The notes beneath the pieces are model-generated. The model was not told the origin of the DNA. It made no database searches and saw nothing but the letters and a program-made list of their open reading frames with translations. A stretch of 64,000 nt of DNA from Azolla caroliniana (taxonomy: Eukaryota > Plantae > Polypodiophyta): the NCBI GenBank assembly GCA_043228905.1, contig JBHGNT010000010.1, positions 3,038,001-3,102,000 of the forward strand. The letters run 5' to 3'. A program made the position numbers and the translations under genes. This document shows, in pieces, positions 36,384 to 46,400 of this stretch (the stretch's first letter is position 1; the number at the start of each line of letters is the position of its first letter).

Positions 36384-37289
36384 AGGGGGAGTTTGTTGGG
36401 AGACAGGTCCCTCCGGATGGGAAGGGAGAAGAACAATGCCGATGAACTGTATGAGGAGTACCCGGCTACGGAGAGCCGGATGGTGCAGGCCCGGTATGAA
36501 CCCGAGGAAGAGACATATTTGTAAATATGTTTCTGAGAGCCCATTGTGGCTATATTTGTAAATAGCCGAAAAGTCATATTAGTATAAATATGACTTAGGG
36601 CAAACTAATATTTGTGGTTGTTACTTTTCTTGTTGGTGCAAGAAGAAGTGAGAGCACGTAATAGTGTACAGAGAGAGAGAGAGAGAGAAAGAGGTCGTTG
36701 CCTCTGTTGTAACTGCCGCCTGTGGCGAAGAGCGTGAGTCCGAGGTCGTTGCCTCCGAGAACTCATTGTTATGTACATTCCTACACAGTGACAGTTTGCA
36801 GCCTGTGGGCTGCCGTGGTTTTTCCCTTAGTTTGGGGTTTTCCACGGAAACCTCCTGTGTATTCTCTCCTTCTTTGTGTCGCGTTTTATTTCCCATTTTT
36901 CTGTGTATCATTCTAAGCTCGGTTGTGGCCGAGCGTTGCGCATAAGGAACGTCCAGTTCCCGTCAGAAAGGGACCAAGGATGTTACAAGTATTTATTCAA
37001 TTTCTGAGATTGAATATCTCTAGAATATACTCGAGAAATATCTCAAGAATATACCGTGACAGAATAATTCTAGAATATATTAACGACTAGAATATTCTCA
37101 ATCGCTCTACTTCTAGTTTCGGTGGGGGTCACAACCACTCACTTTCCTAGTAGGAATTGCGTGGGTTTCTCGCTAGCGCTACCGTTTGTGTTGTGTCTTG
37201 GGTCAACCTCAACTATTTACCCTCTCATAATAGAAGAAGTCGAGTCGACCGCTTCACTTGCACTCCTTCGCCCGTTGTTGTTCTAGTTC

Positions 37290-38645
37290 TCAGTGAGGGC
37301 CGCATGGTTGCTCAAGTCCGTTCGTGTTCAGGTACCGGTGAGCGCCACATGGTCACTCACGTTCGTTCTTGTTCTAGTTCTCGGTGAGGGCCGCATGGTC
37401 GCTCACGTACGTTCATGTTCCTATTCTTGGTGAGGGCCGCATGGTCGCTCTGACGGAACTCAACGCTCCTTATGTCCAACACTCGGCCGCAACCAAGATT
37501 CTTTTCATACACAGAAAAAACGGGAAACAAATGCACGCGACACAAAGGAGAGAAAAGGGTACACAGAATGTTTACGTGGAAAACCCAAAGAGGGAAAAAC
37601 CACGGCAGCCCACAGGCTACAAACTATCACTATATTGGAATGTACAAACAGTGAATTCACGGAGGCAACGACCTCGTGCTCACAATCTTCGCCATAGGCG
37701 GCAGTTACAACAGAGGCAACGACCTCGTTCTCTCTCTCTCAACCTGTACACTGTTACACGCTCTCACTTCTTGCACCAACAAGGAAAAAAAATGACAACA
37801 ACAACAACTACAACTATTACTAAAAGTCTGCCCTAAGTCATATTTATACTAATATGACTTTTCGGCTATTTACAAATATAGCCTCGATGGGCTCTCAGAA
37901 ACATATTGACGAATATGTCTCTTCCTCCGGTTCTCACCGGGTCTGCGTCATCCGGCTCTCCGTAGCCGGGTGCTCCTCATCCGGTTCATATCGGGTCTGC
38001 ACCATCCAGCTCTCCATAGCCGGGTACTCCTCTTCCGGTTCTCACCGGGCTTGTACCATCCGGTTCTCCATAACCGGGTACTCCTCATCCAGTCTTCACC
38101 GGGTCTGTATCATCCGGCTCTCCGTAGCCGGGTCCACCTCATACGGCCTCGGCCGAGTTTGTTCATCGGCACTGTTCTTCTCCCTTCCCATCCGGAGGGA
38201 CCTGTCTCCCAACATGCCTATTGGTATTCGTGTTCCAACTCTCGACAAGGACCGACATGGTCTCTCATGCTCGTTGGTGTTTGTGTTCCCTGTGAGGACT
38301 GCACATGGTCACTCACGCCCGTTGGTATTCGTGTTCCAGTCTTTGGTGAGGACCGCACATGGTCGCTCACTCCAGCTATTAGTCGTGTTCCAGATCCCGA
38401 CGAGCACCGACATGGTCGCTCATGCCTGCTAATGTTCATGTTCTAGTTCCCAGTGAGGACCACACATGGTCGCTCACGCCCGTTGGTGATCGTCTTCCAA
38501 CTCTCGACGAGGACCGACATGGTCTCTCATGCCCGTTGGTGTTCGTATTCCCCGTGAGGACCACACATGGTCACTCACGCCTGTTGGTATTCATGTTCCA
38601 GTCCTGGGTGAGCACTTCACATGGTCGCTCATGCCTGTTGGTGTT
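37290..38645 (+). repeat. Degenerate ~45-bp tandem array (CATGGTCGCTCA core) upstream of the chromovirus PPT, interrupted by a solo LTR
   Basis: Repeated GTGAGGACCGCACATGGTCGCTCACGCCCGTTGGT-like units at 37290-37450 and 38215-38645. Confidence 0.8.
37451..38214 (-). mobile_element. Solo LTR of copia family A
   Basis: Reverse complement of the 31577-32307 LTR including 54-bp repeats; no clear TSD. Confidence 0.88.
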
Positions 38646-40937
38646 CAATACCTCGTCTTCTGAAAGGGTTATTCCTTGTCTAGGATTTACAAAATACTTT
38701 GGAAGTGGACTAAGATTTTCATCAATAGTATCCCCTTAAGCCAAGGACCAGTTTGGGAAGGCGGCCTAAGAGGGGGGATAATGTCACATTCTAGACTCAA
38801 ACTTTTGACTTTTAACACACAGTACATCGTGTTGTGTTAACCATATGAAAACTCTTGTGAACTATTCACATTCGGTTGTGACCTTGTATATATTGTAGAG
38901 TCTAGTATATAGTACATTCGAGAATATTCTAGTCATTAGTATATTCTAGAATTATTCTGTGGTATATTCTTGAGATATTTCTCGAGTATATTCTAGAGAT
39001 ATTCAATCTCAAAAATTGTATAAATACTTGTAACATCATTGGTCCCTTTCAAGGAATTCAACACCAGTCATTGACACATCATTCTAGTATTCTCATTTCG
39101 CCCCCTCTTGTCTCATTGATCTTTATCTTTGTCTTATTTCTAGCCTTTTCAGTTCTAGCTCTCTGTCTTCTAGCCTTATCCGTCCAAGTCCACACTTGGT
39201 GTGTCCGTGACACTGACGGTTGCACCGACGAAAGTCGTATACAAGCTAGACACTCCGGTTTACATTACAGTGGACACAAGTCCGACTAGAATCGGGTGGG
39301 TCGTAAATTAGGAAGATGAGAATGGTGCACGGTTTCCCCTTCGGTTCGGCATGAAGGTGCTAAGCGAGCAACAACGAGGATATGCCCAAGTTAAACGCGA
39401 GCTATGGGGTATAATTTCAGTGGTTAAGGTCGACAAGGACTATTTAATCAAGACAGATGTAATTATAGAGACAAACTGCTTACCGATTCTCGGTATGGTT
39501 TCTGGATGCGCGACTCCAGACCGGGTGATGCTTAGATGGATTGCGTACATCAAGTCCCTAAATCCAGAAATACGGCATATCTCTGGGAAAGACAACGCCA
39601 TGGCGGATATGTTTTCAAAACCAAGATTCGAAAACGAGGACGGCATGGTGTCGGAAAACGAAAAGGTTGGCGTGCACTTTTTCAAGTCAGCCCGAATGAC
39701 AGCAAACAAGCGAAGCACTCCGCCCCCTGAACGAGTTCAACGAGGATGATTACGATGGGGAGTGGCTGCTGATCGGAAGATTCCTGAGTACGATGATGAC
39801 GAATGCGTCGTGGACAAAAGAGGAAGCAAGTCGACTCCGAAGGAAAGCTTACAAATTCTTCCTACGAGGTGGGAAAATCTGGCAGCATCCGAAGAAGCGA
39901 AACGACGCACGACTCCGGGTGGTGACGCAGGAAAAAGACCAATCGGTGTTGCTGACGGAGTTCCACGAGAGTCCTTGGTCCGGACATTGAGGGACATGGG
40001 CCACGTTCAAGAAGCTAAACGAGAAGTACTAGTGGCCGGAAACATACAAGGACGTGCACCACTTCGTGTCGACGTGTGAAGCTGCCATGTGCACTCAGTG
40101 ATCCGACACCATGACGAGCTGCACCCGACTTACCCGCCAACCATACACTTCAAGTGGATGGTCGACTTGGTGACGATGCCAATGGGAGTAGGGGGGATGT
40201 GGTACCTAGTGCTAGCAATCTGACAAACCAGGTGGAAGGTCGAGCATTGACAAAGAAGACAACCACGGTTATATTAGAGGATGTCGTATGCCGATACAGG
40301 TGCATGGGGAAGATCGTGGCCGACGGGGGGGGAACTGGATGCGGAAGAGGCTGAAGAGCTATTTGGCCGACTAGGGGTCAAGTTGTCCCTCACGATGGCG
40401 TACAACCCAGAGGTGAACGAGAAGGTCGAGCGAGGGCACGGGCCAATCGTAAAAGCTATAGTACGCACAGGCGATGGGCAAGTCGGTAACTGGCCGAGGC
40501 TCCTACCTTATGCACTGTGGGCAGACCGAACCACGCACATTTCGATGACCGGGTACATGCCAGCGGAGCTCATTACAAACAAAAACCAATCATGCCGCTT
40601 GAACGGACGATCACCTCATGGATGGTAGTCGATTGGACCGACGAGATGAGTCGGGTGGAGTTGTTGGTGGCAAGGATCTGACAACTCGAGCATAGGCCAG
40701 AAGACGTCGAGCGAGCGACGGTGAGAACAGAGGAGGCGCGGAAGAGAAACAAAGCTCGATTCGACAGGATGCACCAACATCGGCCAAGGAAGATTGAGGA
40801 AGGTGATTGGGTGTTAGTCTACAACAGCACCCTTGACAACCAGCATTGATCCACCCGAAAGTTCGTGAAACGATGGTTCGGCTCGTACATGGTGACCAGC
40901 GCAAATGACAACGCGACATACCACCTCATGGAGCTTG

Positions 40938-41748
40938 TGACGAGAACTCAAGCGCTCCTTATTTCCAACGCTCGGCCACAACCGAGCTTAGAATGATACA
41001 CAGAAAAAAAAACGGGAAATACAACACGACACGGAGAAGAGGAAGATACACAGGAGGTTTACGTGGAAAACCCCAAACTAGGGGAAAAAACCACGGCAGC
41101 CCACAAGCTGCAAACTGTCACTATGTAGTAATGTACAGAACAGTGAGTTCACGGAGGCAACGACCTCGTGCTCACGATCTTCGCCACAGGTGGCGGTTAC
41201 AACAGAGGCAACGACCTCGATCTCTCTCTCTCTCTCTCTGTACAGTTACGCACTCTAATTTCGTGCAAAACAGAAAATGACAACAACAACTAAAAGTTTG
41301 CCCTAAGTCATATTTATACTAATATGACTTTTCGGCTATTTACAAATATAGCCTCGATGGGCTCTCAAAAACATATTTACGAATATGTCTCTTCCTCAGG
41401 TTCTGCACCATCCGGCTCTCCGTAGCCGGGTACTCCTCATCCGGTTCACACCGGGCCTGTATCATTCGGCTCTCCATAGCCTGGTACTACTCATCCGGTT
41501 CACACCGGGCATGTATCATCCGGCTCTCCGTAGCCGGGTACTACTCATCTAGTTCACACCGGGCCTGTATCATCCGACTCTCCGTAGCCGGGTACTCCTC
41601 ATACGGTTCACACCGGGCCTGTATCATCCGACTCTCCGTAGCCGGGTACTCCTCATACGGTTTCGGCCGAGGCCGATAGGCCAAGGCCAAGTTTGTTCGT
41701 CGGCACTGTTCTTCTCCCTTCCCATCCGGAGGGACCTGTCTCCCAACA
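40938..41748 (-). mobile_element. Solo LTR of copia family A inserted in the gypsy integrase C-terminus
   Basis: Reverse complement of the family A LTR; perfect TSD GCTTG. Confidence 0.93.
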
Positions 41749-42336
41749 GCTTGATGGGACAAGAATAGCGATACCAATAGCGTGAAAGCGGATAAAGGCC
41801 TTCAAGAACCGGCACGAAGTGGAACCAGACCCAGCGTTGGAAACCAAAGGCGACGATTCGAACAAAGAGGACGAGTAAAGACTGGCCCGGAACCCTCCAC
41901 TGCTTCACTACTTGGCACATGCCGGAGGATGTGCGGTTTGATGAGGAAACGAAGCCGGATGCGTGTGAACACGGGTGTGCACGATTGCACGTCTTTAGTA
42001 CAAAAACATGTAAATAGCATAGTAAGGATAAGGTTTTGGTGATTACTAGGAAAGAACGATTCAATAGGTACTTTAGTACCACATAGAGGACCATAATCAA
42101 GGGGAGATCTGTGAGAAAACCAATTATCATAAAGATGATGTAACGACCTTCCCTTGTGCTTTAAAAGGGGAAGCCTTGAACTATTTTAGGGATCTTGGAT
42201 TGGGGAGAAAGAAGCTCTGCCCGTTGAAATGCCAAAGCACTCTCCTCTCTCTGTATTATGCTTTATACCGCAGAACAAGAAGGTGAATCCTCTGCTCACG
42301 CTGGAAGCCTGCATGCTTCCAACCAGAGGATTATCA

Positions 42337-42504
<168 letters not shown>

Positions 42505-43457
42505 CTGTCTGTCTGTCTGTTTAGTTCAGAGCTCCTCCCCCGGTTGTGCCTGATTGTACTCACTACGTGTTCTACGCCTAAACGAATTGAGACTCCTTGT
42601 TCTGTCTCTGTGTTCTTTTTCTTATCTTTTTTGTTCTATTCTGTTCTGTTTGGTTCTGTGTCTGTTTGTGTCTGTTTGTGTCTGAGCGACGTTAGGATCT
42701 TCCAAGGTCACCTGCAACTGGAGACAATCAGTTGGCTCCACTTCCCTTTTTCTTTCTCTATGTTCGGCTCCTTGGTTCAAGACCCCAGTGGTCCAGCCCC
42801 ACTTCTACGCATACGCATGGAAAAGCGCGACACTAGATCTAGCCCATGTTAGGATATTCAGCTCACTTGCATACGTGCACATCCCCGACGAGAAGCAACA
42901 AAAGCTAGATCCCAAGTCGGAGAAATGTATCCTCGTAGGATACTCATTGGAGCAAAAGGGTTACAAATGCTTCAACCCCTCTACTAAGAAGGTTCGAGTG
43001 AATCGGGACATCGTTTTCGATGAATCGGCATGCCGGTACAAACTAGAGACGATTCCGATTCCGACCCTAGTCGACCCAAAATCGGTCGAACAAGAGATAG
43101 AAGATGGCGATCAACTCGAACACATGTTCGAAGAAATCCCGATTACGATAAGGCTTAGTGGGCCACAAGAGCCCCCGAGCGACCAAAGCACATCTCAGCC
43201 TAGTTCGAAGATGGACAAAAGCAACACCAAAATGCTGGAATATGAAGACGACCAATTCGACGACAACGAATCGACTCACTCCCTCAATAGTGAGTTCGGT
43301 GGCTTCGATGTACCTATCATGAGGACACCTGGTGTAAAGAAAGCCATTGCCACAGCAAACGAAAAACTCTGTCGCTCCACCCATGAGAAGAATCTTGTTA
43401 GCTGATTTAGCTACAACGATTATATGGCATACCACTATGCCTTTATGATGAAGGTGG

Positions 43458-46400
43458 TGTTGGGATTACGGTCCCTCCGGATGGGATGGTCGGATATCCG
43501 GGAATCGGATGATGAATACCCCGGCTACGGAGCCGGATGATGAAGACCCCGGTTACGGAACCGGATGCTGAAGACCCCGGTTACGGAACCGGATGATGAA
43601 GACCCCGGTTACGGAACCGGATGCTGAAGACCCCGACTACGGAGCCGGATGACGAATGTACCCGGAGAGAGATCCGGATGCGGGGACATATTTGTGAATA
43701 TGTTTGCCAAGGGCCCTTGAGGCTATATTTGTAAATAGCCCGAAAGTCATATGTGTATAAATATGACTTAGGGCAAATAGTTTTGTTGTTGCTCATTCGT
43801 ATGCGAAGTGAGAGCAACCGAGAGAGAGAGAGAGATAGAGCGCGAGAGAGACGAAGAGGTAGACGCCTCTGTGTATTTCCGCCGCCTGTGGCGAGGACAG
43901 CGAGCTCAAGGTCGTTGCCTTGCAGCTCGCCATTGTATATTTCTCTGTGCATAGTTTGGTTTGGAGTCTCGCACTCCCGTGGTTTTTTCCCGTATAGGGT
44001 TTTCCACGTTAATCCCTGTGTATCGCGTCTTTCTCTGTATTTCCTATTTTCTGCTGCATTGATCCGCGATTAATCGGTTGTGGCCGAGCGGTGAAGGTGA
44101 ATCCAAGCGTTGATTCCCAACAAACTGGTATCAGAGCACGGTAACACAGAAAATGGAAGGCGGCGGCAGCGGGCAGCCGATGATGATGGTGCTGAATGCA
44201 CAGAATTACGCCGACTGGAAGATCAAGATGGAGGATCTTCTGATTGTTCGGGACCTGTACGAACCGATTGACAGGTCGGAAATACCGAAAGGGGTACTTG
44301 AGTCGGAGTGGAAGCTCCTGAACCGGAAAGCCGTAGCGACGATCCGACAATACGTCGACGTGAGCGTCCTACAACATGTGGCAAACGACACCAACGCATA
44401 TGAGATGTGGAAGAAGCTGTCGGGCCTCTACGAGAGGAAGAATGCGTTGAACCGGACCTCCCTGATGAGGAAGATAGTGAATCTCAAGTACCGGGACGGC
44501 GAGAGTATGGTGGAACACGTAAGCACGTTCATGGGATTCGTGAATCAGCTTGCGGCGATCAAGTTCCCGTTGGAGGATGCAATGCAAGCCATCATCCTGA
44601 TGTGTACATTGCCGGAAAGCTGGGAGAACTTGGTGGTGACTCTCAACACCTCCTGCACCGAAGATAACTTGTCTCTACAAACGGTAAAGACAAGTATTTT
44701 GAACGAAGAAGCGCGTCGGAGAGATAAGGAACCGGCCTCCGACCCGAAGATGTTGTTTACCGAATCGGATCGGGGAAGACAATGGAACCGGAGTCCGCAA
44801 AGACGGGAGAAGTCGGGGACCCGGTCGCAGTCAAGAGGAAGGCCCACATGCTTCCACTGTGGGAAGCCGGGGCACTTCCGAAAGAATTGTCGGCATTACC
44901 GAAAAGACAATGGAACCGACAACACCGATTCGAAGAAGTCACCGGAGAGAAACGGTGCATACCGGGGAGCCACGGACCGGAATGGTTCGGATCGGCGAGG
45001 ACAGGACCGGAAAGGAACGACGGCACTCGCGGCAAGTGAAGAGGAGATCATGCTCATCACCGAAGAAGGTGAACTAAACATTGCCGGCGATGAGACGACC
45101 TGGGTGGTCGATTCCGGAGCATCGTTCCACCTGACCCCGGAGAGAAGATACTTCTCATCCTACACAGCCGGTGAGCATGGCTGTGTTCGGATGGGAAATG
45201 AAGGTACGTGCCGGATTGCCGGCATAGGAGACGTGTGGTTGACAACCCCGACCGGATGCAAAATGCTGCTGAAGGATGTCCGACACGTTCCGGAGGTTCG
45301 ATTGAACCTGATTTCGGCCGGGAGGCTAGACGATGAAGGCTACACAGGTAGCATCCGGAACGGCGTAATGAAGTTCAGCAAGGGGAGCCTGATAGTGGCT
45401 CGGGCCCGGAAAATCAACACACTGTACCTGATGAATGCCCGGTTATGTCCGGAAGAGCTGAATGTGGCAGCCGACACTGCCGGTGAGCTGTGGCACAAGA
45501 GACTGTGCCACATGAGTGAGAAGGGGATGAAGAGGCTTGCAGAAGACAACCTTATTCCAGTGAAGCATGTGCACCTGGAGAAGTGCACCGACTGTCTGGC
45601 CGGTAAGCAAAACCGGACCTCCTTCCACTCAAGGCCACCGACGAGACGTAGTGCACCATTAGAGTTGGTGCACACTGACGTGTGTCAAGTAGAAACAAAG
45701 TCACATGGCGGAGCCCAGTACTTCGTGACATTCATTGATGACCATAGCCGAAGACTGTGGACGGCACCGATGAAGACAAAGGACCAAGTGTTGTGCGTCT
45801 TCAAAGAACTCCACGCGAGAGTGGAAAGGGAATCCGGCAAGAAGCTGAAAGCGATACGAGCGGATAACGGAGGGGAATACCGGGGGCAGTTCCAAGAGTA
45901 CTGTCGCTCGAAGGGAATCCGACTCGAGTTTACTGTGCCGAAGACGCCGGAACTAAACGGGCTGGCCGAGAGGATGAACCGGACCATAATGGAGAGGGTC
46001 CGGAGTATGTTGGCGCATGCGAAATTACCCAAGGGGTTTTGGGCTGAGGCAATGTCGACGGCGACATATGTGATAAACAGATCACCCTCAGTACCTTTGG
46101 ACGGAGACACGCCGCAGAAAGTGTGGACCGGTAAGGAAGTGTCCTACCGGCATCTGAAGGTGTTCGGGTGTCTCGCATACGTGCATGTGGCAAAGGACCG
46201 GAGAGGAAAGCTAGATCCAAAGACCCGGCCATGCATATTCCTCGGTTACGGCGATGACGAGTTCGGCTACCGAGTATGGGACCCGGTCGACAAGAAGATA
46301 TTCAGGAGTCGAGACATCATCTTCATGGAGGACAAGACACTCGCCGACTGGGAGTCGGAGAAGAAGGTGAAGAGCTCCAAGTCGACCGGTGAGGATCAAC

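Larger units (their letters stand above)
31577..36965 (+). mobile_element. Full-length Ty1/copia (family A), LTRs 31577-32307 and 36394-36965
   Basis: TGTTG..GTCA LTRs, perfect TSD GAAAG, tRNA-iMet PBS TGGTATCAGAGC 32310-32321, PPT GAAGGGGGAG. Confidence 0.96.
31405..39212. mobile_element. Chromovirus-LTR-derived insertion with inverted termini (inverted partial LTR on the left; PPT plus complete LTR 38782-39212 on the right)
   Basis: Starts TGTCACGGACACACCAAG, ends CTTGGTGTGTCCGTGACA; ~300-bp inverted arms; degenerate 5-bp TSD TTGAT/CTGAC; host reading KEM-LTVAPT is restored on removal. Confidence 0.8.
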
